A stretch of 64,000 nucleotides of DNA, from contig NW_013657654.1 in NCBI RefSeq assembly GCF_000142905.1, positions 1 to 64,000 on the forward strand. Reading direction: 5' to 3'. Made by a program: the position numbers and the translations under genes. Shown here in pieces: positions 41,075 through 53,876 of this stretch (its first letter is position 1; each line of letters begins with the position of its first letter). The DNA comes from Thecamonas trahens ATCC 50062. Taxonomy: Eukaryota > Protista > Apusomonadida. The notes under the pieces are model-generated. The model was not told the origin of the DNA. It saw only the letters and a list, made by a program, of their open reading frames with translations, and ran no database searches.

Positions 41075-44000
41075 CTCGAGACATCAGCGTCGCTGGCCTT
41101 GAGGCCCTCACTCCGCCGCACGCTCTGCGGCTTGTTCTCGTGCTTGGCGCGAAGAACACGGTTTCCTCGGCAAGCGCCGCCAGCCGGACCTCGTAGCCGG
41201 GGTCGACAACGCCGGCTGGCGCGGCCGCTGCCGACAGCGCAGCCTGCTTCACCCGCAGCTGATCTTTGAGCACTGAAATGGTCCGCTCTTGCTCCACCAG
41301 ACGGCGGTGCAGCTTCTGGATGGAGACGTCCTCGCGCTCGCGCTCGTTCTCCAGAAGCGCGATCTTACGCTGGAGCTTGGTCGCCTCCACCAGCTGCTGC
41401 TCAAGGCCCATGTTGGCGGCGTAGAGCCGGTCTGCCCGGGCCCGCTGCTGCGCAGACTCGGCGAGCGCTGCCTGCAGCTCGGTCTTGGTGCGGTGCAGCT
41501 CCGATTCGAGCCGTCCGTTGGTCGCATCGCCCTGCGCCACTTCTTGCTCTAGCGTCTTGAGCAGCCGGTGCAGCTCGTCGACTTGCTTTTTGTACTCGTC
41601 GACTAGCGTCGACGAGTCCGGCCCAGTTCCGCTTCCACCCGAGCCCTGGCTTTGCGACCGCGCCATCATCGCCATCTTGTGCTCTAGTGCCCGATTCTCG
41701 CGAAGGAGTGCGGCATCGGCGCCCGTCAGTCCGGCCCCAAACACCCGCGCGCTCTGCTGCGACTGCGAGAGCTGCTGCAGTGCCGTCTCCAGCTGCGCTG
41801 CATACCGCCGCGCAGGCTCGAGCTCGCTCCGCAGCTCTGCAATGAGCTTGTCTTTCTCCTCCGACCCGCCCTCGAGCTCCGCCACACGCTGCTGCGCATG
41901 CCCTAGCTCCGCCCGCATTCGTCCCAGCTCGGCGTCGGCTGCCGCACGGGCTTCAGCAAGCTCGAACGACCCGTTGTGCGCCCGGATTGGTGACGTCGGC
42001 ACCTGTGCTCGTGCCGCAGCAGCCTCAGCCACCGCGGCGTCACGCGCAGCTTCGGCCTTGTCGCGTGCGGCCTCGGCCGCCCGCGCCACAGCCTCGGCTG
42101 CGGCCTTGTCCGCCACCGCAGCGTCACGCGCCGCCCGCGCCTCGCTCGCTCCTCGCGCCTTCTCCTGCAACTTGGCCATGACGGCCTCCAGCGAGCCGGT
42201 GACCTCAGCTAGCCGGCTGCGGTAGGCGTCGACGTCACGGAGCGCCGCGTCGCGCTCGGCAAGAAGCTCCTGCATCTGTGCCGCCCGCGCCGCGTCGGCC
42301 TCGGCCTGCACCCGTGCCGCGTCTTCGGCCTCGACATTAGAGACCAGCTCAGCCATCCGCTCCCGGATAGTTGCCTCCATCGTCTGCGTCGCCCGCGCCA
42401 AAAGCGCCACCGACTCGTCCTTGGCCGCCATCGTCTCGTCCAGCAGCCGCTCCAGCGCTGCCGACTCGGCCGCTTCCTGCGCCGCCATCGACTCGTCAAG
42501 CCGCGAACGCAGCAGGCTCACGTCATGAGTCATCGACCGCCAACGCGCCTCCGACTCGACCGCAAACGTCGACTGCATCTCGTGGATGGCTGCCGAAATC
42601 TGGTCCGCCGCACTCGTCTGCACCAACTCTAGCGTCCGCGACATCTGCTCACGCAGCGGCGCCTCGGCCACTTGGGCCTCGAGCGCCGCCAGCCGCTCGC
42701 TCTTGAAAGCCAACTCGCTCTCCAGCTCTGCAATCCGGGTACTCTCCACTGTCTGGGCCTTGGCGTCTGCTACTTGCTTCATCAGCCGCTCGATCCGAGC
42801 CTGCAGCTTGGCCTGCTCCTCGCTCGCCCGTGCTCGCTCCTCGTCGACCAGCGCCGCCACAGCATCCTCGGCAGCCTGTGACTCGACTCGCTTCACCAGC
42901 TGAGCGTGCTCTAGCTGGAGCGCATCGAGCGACTCGCGGAGCTGCGCTTCGGTCTCGCGCGCCTGTGCGAGCTCCCACTCCAGGTCGCGCTTGGCCGCAA
43001 CGAGAGAGTCGCGCGCGCCGAGCGCTTCGTGCGCCGCTCCCTCCAGCTCACCGTAGCGCTCGACATACGCGGCGAGATCCTTCGACGCTACCGCCACCGC
43101 TTCGCGGAGCTGCTCTAGCTCGGCCTGGACCATCTCCAGCTGCGCCTCGGCATCGCGGAGCGCCAACTTGTCCGCCGCCGCCGCCGCCGCCGCCGTCGCC
43201 GCCGCCTCAGTCTTCTCCAGCAAACGCGTTGGAGCTCGTCGAGCTTGGGCTCGAGCATCGCGTTCCGCACAGATGCCCGCTCCATCTCAGCGAGCGCATC
43301 GTTGGCCACCAGGCTCCCGCCCTGCAGCACCCCGTCGGCAGCATCGACGCTCCGCTGAAGCTCGGCCACGCGCTCGCGGAGCTGTGCCAGCTCAACGGCC
43401 TGCGCCTCGAGCTTCGTCGCGTCGGCAGCTGCAGCCGTCGCTGCGTCCTCGAGACGGGTCCGGAGCTCACGGTTGGCGCCGGTCAGCTCGTCGATCTGCT
43501 CCTTGCTTGCCCGCCACGACTCGGCCGCCGAGCTCGCTGCAGCCTTGGCCTTGGCGGCTGCAGCCTCAGCCTCTGCACGCACCTCTTCGTGCCGACGGAT
43601 CTGCTTGGCGGCTTCGCTTCGCGCGGTGGCAATGGCCTCCTCGCGGTCGCGCTCGCGGATGCGCTCGCGGTCGGCGCGCTCACGCTCACGCTCGGCCTCG
43701 ACACGCTCGACCTCGCGCATGCGGACCCGCTCTTCGTCAAGCCGGCGCTGCTCGCGCTCCTGGTCGCGGCGCTCGCGCTCCCGGTCGCGCTCGATGGCGC
43801 GAACCCGCTCGCGCTCCCGCTCGGCCCGCTCGCGCTCAGCCTCGAGCCGCACCCGCTCGCGCTCGCGCTCGCGCTCCTTTTCACGCTCAGCCTCGGCTCG
43901 CTCGCGCTCGATGTCGCGGATGCGCTCGAGCTCGATCCGCTCGCGCTCGCGCTCTTTCTCTCGGTCCTGCATCTCGCGGATGCGCTTTTCGTACTTGGCC

Positions 44001-46294
44001 CGCTCGCGGTCGAGAAGCTCACGCGCAGCATCGGCTGCCGCGGCTTGTGCCGTCGCCTGCATGGCCGACTCGGCCATCTTTTCGCGGGATGTCTGCACAT
44101 CGCGCTGCAGGCCGGCGAGTTCCAGCTGGAGCTGGGTGACCCGGGTCGAGAGCTCGGCCGCCAGCGCCCGCTCACCATCGCGCTCGCGCTTGGCTTCTTC
44201 CAGCGCGCCAACCGCGTTCTCAAGATCACGCTGGGCAACTGCGAGTTGGACGTGCAGGTCCGGCTGAGAGTGGATTGAAGCATCCTTCAGCCGTGCCTCT
44301 AGGTGCTCAACGTTGGCGTTGGCACGTGCGAGCTCGCTCTCAAGCACCTCGTTTCGCGCCGCGAGAGCTGCGCCGCCGTCGGCCTTGCGTAGCGCGTCTT
44401 CTAGCGCCTCGACATCCAGCCGGGCGGCCTTGATCTTGCGGTGGGCCTCCGACTGCGCGGTCTCAGCCTTTTCGTTGGCACTTGCCACCTTCTCCATCGC
44501 TTCGGCAAGCTCCTCACGGAGGTGCGCCTTCTCGTTGGCTGCTGCCTTGGTCACCTTGGTCAGCTGGCGGTCAGCAGCCTCGCGCGCGTCGTGCTCGAGC
44601 GTCAGCTGTCGAGTCAGTTTTGTCTTTGTCTGCTCAAGCTCCGCCACCTGTGCCTCGAGATGGGCCAGGTGCTCACGGGTAGTGGCTGCCCGCGCCAGCT
44701 CGCGCTGAGCCACCGAGTGCTTGGACCGCAAGTCGTCAAGCTCGTCAATAAGCGTGTCAATCCGCTCCTTGAGCGAGCTCCGCTCCGCGTTCCACTGCGA
44801 GGCCCGGGCGTTCAGCTCGCGCTCGGCCTCCTCGCGCCCCGACGTTGCCATGTGCAGCGCCCGTCGCTCGGATGCGTACTTGGCCTGCAGCTCGGCAATG
44901 AGTTCCTGCTGCGCCTCGGTCTCGTTGGCGGCCTCGGCGTCCTTGAGCTTGCGCCGCAAGTCGCGAACAGAAGTTGCGTGCCGGTCCTTGAGGTCTGCGA
45001 GGTCGTCAGCGAGCGCAGTGCACTTGATCTTGAGTGCCGAGCGGTCCGCTGCCAGCGCCCGCTCCTTGGCAGCAGCCTCGCGCTCGGCCTCAGCCCGCGA
45101 TGACTCGGCCTCGTCGAGACGTCGGGTCAGTGAACCGACCTTGACTTTGAGCCGGGCGGCCTCGTCGGCATGGCTCTGGGCCTCTGCCCGCGCTTGCTGC
45201 AGCGCCTCGGCGAGCTGGGCCCGTCCGCGCTCGACTGCCACGAGGCTCTCGCCGCCTTGCCCAAAGCTCCCCCTCTCGTTCCCACCCCCGCTCCCTCCGG
45301 CATCAAGCGCTGTGAGGATGCGTGACTCAGAATGGAGCATCTGGTCCTTCATGGCCGAGAGCTCGGCCACCATCTCGTTGACGGTCTCGTTCTTGGACCG
45401 CAGCGCATCTTTGAGTCGCGCGTTCTGGTTCTGCAGTGAGGCAATCTCGTCGCGCATGAGCATCATCTCTTGTTGGTTGAGCCCTGGCATGGCTTGCTGC
45501 GGATGCGGGTGGAGCGGGAAGCCGCCGCCGACGGACGCGCTGGCCTGTGCCTGCGCCTGTGCCGCCTGAAGCTGGGCGCGCAGCGACGCGATCTCCGCTG
45601 CCGCCGACGATGCTGCGTGGGCCTGCACGCCCGAGTTGTCGATCTGCGCCCGCATGGCACCGGCCTCGCGGCGGGCCTGCTCGAGTTGGCTCCGCGCTTG
45701 GTGAAGCATCGAGGTCAGGTGTGCGTTCTCCGACTCGAGCGCAGCCTTGTCCGACCGCAAGCCGCCGACCGAAGCGTCGACCTCGAGCTGCATGTTCTTG
45801 AGAATGGCCTCGTACTCGGCGCGGGTCTGCTCGCGCATCATCTCCATCTGCCGCAGCATGGCATCGTCATTGGTCGAGCCCGAGAGCGACGCCAGCCGCT
45901 GCTCGAGCATCTTGTTCTGCGAGCGGAGCGCTGCCATCTCCTGCGAGGTCTCGAAGGATGCGCGGTTGGCATCGAGCGCCGCCGCCTCGGCACACGAGAC
46001 CAGATCATTGATCTTGCCCTGCAAACGAGCATTCTCTTCCTTGAGCGAGCTTGCCGCCGTCTGTGCCGACGTCAGCTCCCACTCGAGCGTCCGCACCCGC
46101 TGCGCCAGCTCGCTGTTCTCGCTCCGTGCGCTCGCCAGCTCCGACTCGAGCAGCTTGAGCTCGGTCACCATCTCGTTGAGCGGCTGCACATACTCGAGCG
46201 GTACACCGCCATTGCCTCCGCTCCCGCCTTCTGTTGCCGAGGACATAATGCCTCTGCTGCCCGACGAGTCTGTCTCGCTCTCGTCCGTTGCCAC
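41068..46294 (-). CDS. Giant coiled-coil protein (~1700 aa) with an (ER)n charged-helix tract; frameshifts ~43222 and ~41162
   Basis: ORFs 43115-46294 and 40905-43223 have continuous heptad character and join by adding one T. Adding one A at ~41163 gives EENRVLRAK..SSY* ending at 41068. The start is uncertain. Confidence 0.75.
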
Positions 46295-46912
46295 CTCCTG
46301 TCACACTGCTCGTCCACCGCTCGCTCCCGCCTTGGCGCGCCGTCACCCGTTCGACCACAGACGTACAAATTTTGATTTCAAATTCGTTCGCTGCCCTCCG
46401 CCGCTGGAGAGCACACGAATGACAAAGTGGAGAGCAGCGGAAAAGAGGACCTTGTTTCGATGGAAGGAAGGCCATGTTTAACCATGGGTGAATACCGAGA
46501 GGTGGGGTCCTGGCCCTCCCTCCTTCGCGCCCTCCGCTCACGCCATTGCCATGCAAGCTTGCCGGGAAGACGCATGCGCAGTCTAGTGGGCATTAAGCTT
46601 GTACGGCACCACAGCCATACCGTCGTCACTACCCCGCGCCCTGCCGCCTCATCATATTCCGCTTCCGGGCGAGTCGCAAGTGGCCGCCGTTCCGCAACGA
46701 AAATGTCGTTGTCTGCTACGGTACCCGGCATGGTCGAGAGGAGAAAGCCGTGTACAGTCTGCAACCACCCCGTAGAGACTTATACATCGACACGCGGTAG
46801 CAAGTATGTACGGAAGCGGTGGTAGGTGTGTTAATTTCTCGGCTGCAGCTTGTCGGGGCCGCAGAAGGCGACGGCGAGACCGAGTGAAAACGGAGGACGG
46901 AGGACGCGGCGG

Positions 46913-47215
46913 CTAGCACCCGGTAGAGACGATGGAGCCGCAGTCACCGCAGCGCTTCTGCGGCATGAGGAGGCAGCAGATGAGCCCAATCGGGAAGAGG
47001 AGAACGGCAGTCACAATGCCGCAGCCGGTAAAGCTGTCCAGCGTGCGGTTGTGCGGGCAGCGGCCGTTGCCAGCAACCACCACCGTGTGCTGCGGCGGCT
47101 GTGCGTACTGGGCCTGTGCCGGGGCAGCAAACTGTTGCGGCGGCGGTGTCGCGTGCTGCTGCTGCGGGGCCGCGTACTGCGGCGGCGCATCGTTGCCCTC
47201 CATCTCGTTGCCCAT
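46913..47215 (-). CDS. BRI3 (brain protein I3)-family small Cys-rich membrane protein
   Basis: PPQY-rich N-terminus, then CPH..DSFTGCGIVTAVLLFPIGLICCLLM..KRCGDCG. Confidence 0.8.
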   Translation of the reverse strand: MGNEMEGNDAPPQYAAPQQQHATPPPQQFAAPAQAQYAQPPQHTVVVAGNGRCPHNRTLDSFTGCGIVTAVLLFPIGLICCLLMPQKRCGDCGSIVSTGC

Positions 47216-47494
47216 CGTTGCTCTTGTCTTTGTCTCGAGTCGAGTGTACCTTTTTGCACACTCTATCCGCTTCCTCTGCCAAATAAGGAACTCGCCGGCT
47301 CTGCAAAAACAAGCACACACTGACAACACCGGCCACCGAGTGCCATACTCGCCACCACGCCACCCTCAGCCTCCGCTATACTTGCCTACTACCACCCGTA
47401 CCCTTGCATGCTTTCCTTCCCTGTCCTTCCTCCCCCTTGCTTTCTTCTCTCATCCTTCCTGCGCTTCTTTCTTCATTATATACCTCCTCCTGAA

Positions 47495-47784
47495 ACAGCC
47501 CACCACAGCCCCCTAGCGACTCCACATATACAGCGGGGGCTGTTTCATCCGCGCGCACTCCCTCCCGATCAGCCAAACCACCGAGGATACAGCCCACCAC
47601 AGCCCCCTAGCGACTCCACATATACAGTGGGGGCTGTTTCATCCGCGCGCACTCCCTCCCGATCAGCCAAACCACCGAGGATACAGCCCACCACAGCCCC
47701 CTAGCGACTCCACATATACAGTGGGGGCTGTTTCATCCGCGCGCACTCCCTCCCGATCAGCCAAACCACCGAGGATACAGCCCA
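47495..47784. repeat. 94-bp tandem repeat, 3 near-identical copies plus a partial
   Basis: Units start at 47495, 47589, 47683 and 47777. Each full unit contains the inverted repeat acagccccc..gggggctgt. Confidence 0.95.
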
Positions 47785-47933
47785 ACACCGTGGTCTATTT
47801 CAACCGAGTAGCCGCCCCGCCGAACCCCCCCCCCCCCCTCCCCCCCCCCCGAAAATTATGGCTCAAGCCAGTGCAGCCGTCCAGCCAGCAGCTGACCAGA
47901 GCTCCAGACAAGCGGCACCCCTCGCCAGCAGAC

Positions 47934-49310
47934 ATGTCGACACGACCAGGGTCGCCAACGAGCCCACGAGTGGGCAATGCAGAGCAGGGCGAACCTGAGC
48001 TCCTCATTCAGGCGTACTTTGAGCTTGGGCCGGATGAGGATGTGCTCGAGTTTGAGGGCAACAAGTTCCTGGTGTGCGTCAACGGGTCCAAGCACTCGAA
48101 GTGGGCCATGCGGTATACTATGGAAATCATGCAAGAGAATGATCGGCTGTACCTGTTCCATGCATACTCGCCCAAGGAGAACCCAAAGTATAAGGACGAG
48201 GCTCTGGCTCTGGTGGAGGAGCTGGTGACCGAGGCCAAGTACGCCAACGAGTGGCTTTCCATCGCCTCGATCCTCTTGCCTACCAAGAAGGTCAAGGAGG
48301 CCATCTGTGACATGGCGCTTGCTCTCGACATGTCCTTTGTCGTTCTTGGCACCACCCGTCGCGCCCGTATTGTCTCCAAGTTTGCCGGCAACACCGGGCT
48401 TCACGTCGTCCACCACTCGCCGCTCCCGGTCATTGTCGTCACCGACTCGTACGATCCGGTCAAGCCGCACAACTGGTGGGTCCTCCACGTCGACTTTACC
48501 CGCGCTGCGCACCACGCCTTCCACGTTCTGCGGCCGATGGTCAAGCACACCACAGAGGTTGATCTCGTCCACGTGTTCTCGGGCGAGGACCCGGACCCGG
48601 TCAACGTCCGCAAGATGGAGGAGTACACCGCCCGCTTTGCTCGCGAGCAGCGCGGCAAGGACTGCACCTGCGAGACTCGCATGGTCTCTGGCAACGTCTC
48701 CACCGTCCTCACAGAGGTTGCTTCCGAGCCGGGCGTCACCCTCCTGGTTCTTGGCTACACGCCCGAGACGTACAAGGAGTACATTGCCCACTGCCTGTTC
48801 AACGCCACCGCCGAGGCCATTCTCGTCGTCAAGACGCCACTGCCCAAGTTCGATTCGCTTGCCTCGAGCTCAGGCGTCATGCCGCGCCTCAAGGTCACCG
48901 CCTCAACCGACAACCTGCATGACGCCGACGAGGCCGCAGAGGCCATGCTCGCCGGTCGCCGCACCCGCGTCCGCGCACTCTCGGTCGCCGACCCGCGTCT
49001 CGCCGACGACGACGTCGACACCCATGCCAACGCCGCCTATGACCCCGACGCTACCGAGAAGGACAAGGCCGACAAGGGCAAAGGCCTCGCCCCGGGCCAG
49101 TCGCCGCCGTCGTCGCCACGCTCCGGCTGTTCTACCCACCTCCACGACTCGTCCGCGCCGCAGTCGACCAAGGCCTCGGACTCGGACTCGGACTCGGACT
49201 CGGACTCGGACTCGGGTACGGGCACGGGCTCGAGCTCGGACTCGGACTCGGACACGGCCACCGGCACGGATACAGTCTCAAACTCGGGCTCCAGCTCAAG
49301 CTCCGACTAG
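47934..49310 (+). CDS. Tandem universal stress protein (USP) domain protein with a Ser-Asp tail
   Basis: FLVCVNGSKHSKWA..VVLGT..GNTGLHVVHHSPLPVIVV, then a second degenerate USP ending AILVVK. (gactcg)n tail. Confidence 0.8.
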   Translation: MSTRPGSPTSPRVGNAEQGEPELLIQAYFELGPDEDVLEFEGNKFLVCVNGSKHSKWAMRYTMEIMQENDRLYLFHAYSPKENPKYKDEALALVEELVTEAKYANEWLSIASILLPTKKVKEAICDMALALDMSFVVLGTTRRARIVSKFAGNTGLHVVHHSPLPVIVVTDSYDPVKPHNWWVLHVDFTRAAHHAFHVLRPMVKHTTEVDLVHVFSGEDPDPVNVRKMEEYTARFAREQRGKDCTCETRMVSGNVSTVLTEVASEPGVTLLVLGYTPETYKEYIAHCLFNATAEAILVVKTPLPKFDSLASSSGVMPRLKVTASTDNLHDADEAAEAMLAGRRTRVRALSVADPRLADDDVDTHANAAYDPDATEKDKADKGKGLAPGQSPPSSPRSGCSTHLHDSSAPQSTKASDSDSDSDSDSDSGTGTGSSSDSDSDTATGTDTVSNSGSSSSSD

Positions 49311-49319
49311 CACTACACG

Positions 49320-51673
49320 CTACCGGTCGCCGCTCGGCCGTGCTGCGGTCCACAGCGGGACCATGGTCGGCCGCCCGTGCGCGCACTGGAACGGCAACTC
49401 GCACTCGATCAAGTCGTCGAGAATGGCCTGCTGCTGGCCTACGTCGAGCTCGTCGCCGAACCGGACCGCCGAATGGCACGCAGCCGAGTGCAGCGCGTGG
49501 GTGATCAGCCGTGGCACAAGCCGGCTGCTCCGCGCCTCAAGGACGGCATTGGCGTAGGAGACGACGCCAGCCCAGACAGTCGCCGACAACGCACCCGCGC
49601 CGATAATGCTCGGCAACGTCGCCACTTCCACCACCGTCTCCAGCACCCGCGCGTCGATGCCCCACTCGTGCAGCGCGTCGCGCGCCTCGTTCACCACCAG
49701 CGCCTCGGCCGGCGACGCCGCAAACACCATCGGCCGCGCCAAGTGGATAATCCGCGCCACCCGCGGCACTATCCCGGCGTCCAGCACCACGTCGGCCTCG
49801 AGCGCCTCCAGCCGCGTCCGCTCGTGCGCCGCATGCTGATCCACCACCACCAGCCAACCGTTCGAGACCAGCCGCGCGAGGATAAACTCGGCGTTGGCCT
49901 GTCCCACCGCCACAAGCCCACTCTTCAGCGCGGCCTTGGTCAGCTTGACAGGCACCAGCGCACGGGCGGATGTCTGGCTCCCTTCGACTGCCGAGCCAAA
50001 CTGTCGCGGTTGCCAACATTCAAAGAGCGTGCGGACACGGTCGGCAGCGCCCGGCGTCGCCACGCGCGCACTGCTAGCCGCCAAGCTCCGCCCCCCGTGC
50101 CGCAGCAGGCGCGGCACCTTGCGAGGCCGCGCGTTGCCGCTCTCACCATTGCTGTCACGCCGCCGTACCCGCGCCGACGCCGAGCTCCGCGACTCTGCTA
50201 GCTTGTCGAGCGTCGCCCGCCGGGTCGTTGTCAGCGATCCGAAGAGCGGCACAGTTAGCTTGGGAGGCGGCGCGGCGTAGTTTTCATCGTCGTCGCTCTC
50301 CAGCGTCGCGCCTGCCGTCGCCAGCAGACGCGCCAGATCGCGGGAGGCCTGACTAGCCGACGGCGCTTCGGGCCGGATCCGTCGCAGCGTATACGGCGAT
50401 GACGCGAGCGACGCCGCCGCCGCCGTCTCCCGAACCGACGGCGGTGAATTTGCGCCGCGCTCAACACGGCCGACAAGGCTGGCCCGTGACAGCGGTCGCG
50501 AGACTGCAGCCGCCAGCGCGCTCGCGACAACCTCAGCCAACGCATCCAGCGCCGCGCGTCCGACAAAGAGTGACGAGTAGACGACATGAATTCGGTCTGC
50601 CAACGAGGCAAGCTCATCATCGAGCGCATCGCCCGCAACCACGCCACCACCACGCCGAAGACGCAGCTCGAGCGACGCTGCAGGCATGGCAATGTCTACC
50701 ACGCAAGCCAGATACCGAGCTCGCACTCGTGCACTTGCCTTGGCCGCGCCGTTTGGCGAGAAAATGAGACCGGGGTGCCCGCGAGCTCCGGCGAGGTCGC
50801 CGGCCGCCACCGGCAGCCCACAGCTTGCCACCAGCTGGGCATCGGCCCACACGCCACGTGCAATGCCCAGCAGCAGCTTGTGGATCGGCGAGCTGCGCGC
50901 GAGTGGCACTGAGTTGATGCACACGTGCATGACCGACGGCGACGCGCCAAACGTCCGCGGGTGCCCGATGACATCAGCCTTCCCGCCGCCCGGAAGCGGC
51001 AAGAGCATGTCGGCAGTGGCTCGACCGAGGTAAAACGTCGTTGGCGATGTGTGCAGCGGCCGTGGCGGCAGCAAATACTGCTTGGCGCCCTTGTCCCACA
51101 CCGAGAACGCCACATCGGGCCGCGCTATCGCGAGGCGGCGCACAAAGTCCGCAATCTCGCCCAGCTGCGGCCGCGCTCGTCCGGCCTGCGCCCGCACAGG
51201 CAGACATGCAAACAAGTCGTGGAAAGCAACTCGAGTCTCAGCCCAGTCGGGCAGCGGGTGCAGGACCCGCCCGCGATGGACGAGCTCGTATCCGGCGTCA
51301 TCGCCAGAGTCCACCACCGGCGGCGCAACCGTTTGGCACCAAACTCGCGCGAGGCAAACTCAGCAAGCCCTGCCGTGGATGCTAGCGCCGCCAGCGCTCC
51401 TCCGCGCGGGCGGACTTCTGACGACTTCTTGGAAGTGGCAAAGCGGACAAAGACAAGATCCATATCGTCGGCACACGACAGTCCGCCGCCGTTGTCGATC
51501 ACGCTCGCCGTGAGGCTTCTCGGCTCGAGCGCCACCGCAATCTTGGAAGCCCCGCTCTCCACAGCGTTGATGACCAGCTCAAACACCGCATGTGCGAACG
51601 AACCGACACGTGCTGCACCCACCACACGCACAGCAGAAGCCGGTGCAAGCACACGTATCTGCCTGGTCGCCAT
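49320..51673 (-). CDS. MLH3: MutL homologue MLH3; frameshift ~51332-51334
   Basis: C-terminal DQHAAHERTRLE, ACHSAVRFGD and FQCAHGRPT. N-terminal GHKL remnants ELVINA, DNGGG, RFATSK and RGGALA. Confidence 0.85.
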
Positions 51674-51871
51674 GGAGGAGTGTGGGCGTGCGGGGAGGAG
51701 GGGACATTCGTGGTGACCAGGATCGTCGTCAGGATCGTGATCGCGATCGCGATCGCGATCGCAATCGCAAGCGCAATCAAGTGCCGGAGCAGGAGCAGGA
51801 GCCAGAGCTGCGCATGCAAGAACCTTTCAGAGGGTGGGCAGCCAGCCAGGATGGATTGTTGAAACATAAAG

Positions 51872-51974
51872 NNNNNNNNNNNNNNNNNNNNNNNNNNNNN
51901 NNNNNNNNNNNNNNNNNNNNNNNNNNNNNNNNNNNNNNNNNNNNNNNNNNNNNNNNNNNNNNNNNNNNNNNNNN
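51872..51974. other. Assembly gap (N run)
   Basis: Directly visible. Confidence 1.
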
Positions 51975-52169
51975 TTCTCATTCATGTTGCAATATAACGG
52001 GAGAGTCATCATATCATCCCCACCAACAGCGAACCCCCCCACCCCCCTCCCCTGACCCTAAAAAGGTCGTGAAACGGCCAGCCGTTGCGCAGGCAGCCGG
52101 GTAGCCGACACGACCTGTCGCAGAGACGGCAGACCGAAGCAGCGGTCGGCGTGCGGGAAAGGGGCGTGG

Positions 52170-53876
52170 ATGAGCGTGCTACCACAGAGGCGCGCGGCGC
52201 TGGAGAAGGCGCATACACGGGCGGTTGCGCGGACACAGGCGCTCCGCGAGTGCGGCCTGTCTGCCGAGCGGGTGAGAGAGACCAAGGCCGGGAAGGAGCT
52301 CGCACGGGTGGAGCGCGAGCTGGCGGAGCTGGCCATGGCGGAGCGGATGGAGGAGGTGCTGGCCGGACGAAGCGGAAAGCAGAGTCGGACAGGCCTCGCG
52401 CGCAACGTCAGCTTTGCTTGTCTCTTGTCCGACGACGACTTGAAGAGCGATGACGGTTCCACGAGCAGGAGCGAGGGCGACGGCGTCGGCGACGATGGCA
52501 TGCTCTCCGAGACAGTGATGCGGGGCAAGCGGGTGGTGATGCGGGTGCTGGAGTATGTCATTGAGAAGGCTGACCGTGAGGCGCTCAAAAGCGTCTTTGC
52601 CTGGCTCAAGCGCGACTCGGTGGCGTTTGAGCGTGGAAAGGAGGAGATCGGGTTCTGGCACCTCCGGAGTGTCATTGCTCGCTCGTACTACCGCGAGGAG
52701 ATGTATGTTGTCCGGGCGACAGAGCAGTACGGGCCAGTTGGATTTGTCTGTACAGAGGCCGGGACGTGGGCGCCTGCCCTGCTCTGCGTCCGTCGCTCGC
52801 ACCGTGGCAAGGAGCTCGAGTCCAAGCTGGTCGACTTCCTGCTCGATCGATCCGCCGCCGCCGACGAGCCTGGCATGGTCGCCAAGGTGCTCAAAAGCCA
52901 GGCCGCGTTCTGGGATGCGGCCGAGTTTCTGCGCGTCGCCGACTCGGACGCCTTTGAGGAGCGGTTTGTGAGCAAAGAGCAGCACCGCTTGGACGGCCCG
53001 ATGGCGTCGGGCCTCTCGTCGTCGCTGCTCTCGCAGGCTGCTCTTGAGCTGGTGGTCGAGCGGAACGAGCATGATCAGCTGGCCGAGCTGGTGGCCGAGG
53101 CCTCGGAGACTGCCCTTGTCGACGAGCTTGTCGCCGAAGGTTTCGACTCGGACGACGCTAACCTGCTGGAGGCGCCCGACAGCGACTCGTCGGTCGTCTC
53201 GGACGTTTGGGCGCGGTCGTCACCAGCGCTCGAGCCGATGCCGGACGACATGTCCGAGAGCGAGCCGTCGCTCCCGATGATGAGCTTTTCGTTTGGCCAT
53301 CTAGGCGCGAGCCCGCCAGGCCTGTTCCGGAACCGGGCCAAGGCCGACGACAAGGCGTCGCTGGCGCTGCAGGCGTCGCTGGCGAGCCTCCGCGGTCTGG
53401 AGCCTGCCACGCGACCACCAGTCCCTCCGGCGTCAGCCTTTGAGTATCGGGTCTTTGTCCATGCGCCGCGGCTCAACTTTGTCGAGACTTCTGGTCTCGA
53501 CATCATCGACGACGCCTTGGCCATGCAGCTCTACACCCTGACCGGCGAGCGGCTTGGCGATCGGATTGTGCGCACTGTCTCGCGCCGCCCGCACGCCCGC
53601 CCGCCAGCCTACCTACTCGAAACCGACATTGTCACTTACCTCCCAGACGACCATCACACCGTCCTTGCCGAGGTCTGGCTCTCCGGTGAGCTGCTGTACT
53701 CTGGCCGCCTGTCCCGTCTTGTCTCGCACTTCAATCTCGTCGCCTTGGGTCCGATCCTTCGTTGGCGCGCGGTCCCTTTCACCCTTGAGCGCGACGGCCT
53801 CAGCGCACAACAGCAAGCAGACCTTGCGTCGTGGCTTGCCGAGCCCGATCGTCGTCCGGCCCATCACCGGAGTTGA
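52170..53876 (+). CDS. GNAT-fold acetyltransferase-domain protein
   Basis: GPVGFV..LCVRRSHRGKELESKLV (motif A-like) and AAFW..AEF (motif B-like). Confidence 0.6.
   Translation: MSVLPQRRAALEKAHTRAVARTQALRECGLSAERVRETKAGKELARVERELAELAMAERMEEVLAGRSGKQSRTGLARNVSFACLLSDDDLKSDDGSTSRSEGDGVGDDGMLSETVMRGKRVVMRVLEYVIEKADREALKSVFAWLKRDSVAFERGKEEIGFWHLRSVIARSYYREEMYVVRATEQYGPVGFVCTEAGTWAPALLCVRRSHRGKELESKLVDFLLDRSAAADEPGMVAKVLKSQAAFWDAAEFLRVADSDAFEERFVSKEQHRLDGPMASGLSSSLLSQAALELVVERNEHDQLAELVAEASETALVDELVAEGFDSDDANLLEAPDSDSSVVSDVWARSSPALEPMPDDMSESEPSLPMMSFSFGHLGASPPGLFRNRAKADDKASLALQASLASLRGLEPATRPPVPPASAFEYRVFVHAPRLNFVETSGLDIIDDALAMQLYTLTGERLGDRIVRTVSRRPHARPPAYLLETDIVTYLPDDHHTVLAEVWLSGELLYSGRLSRLVSHFNLVALGPILRWRAVPFTLERDGLSAQQQADLASWLAEPDRRPAHHRS

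Noticed and set aside
47495-47784. CRISPR-like array
   Set aside because: The units are identical along their whole length with no unique spacers, there are no cas genes, and the context is eukaryotic.
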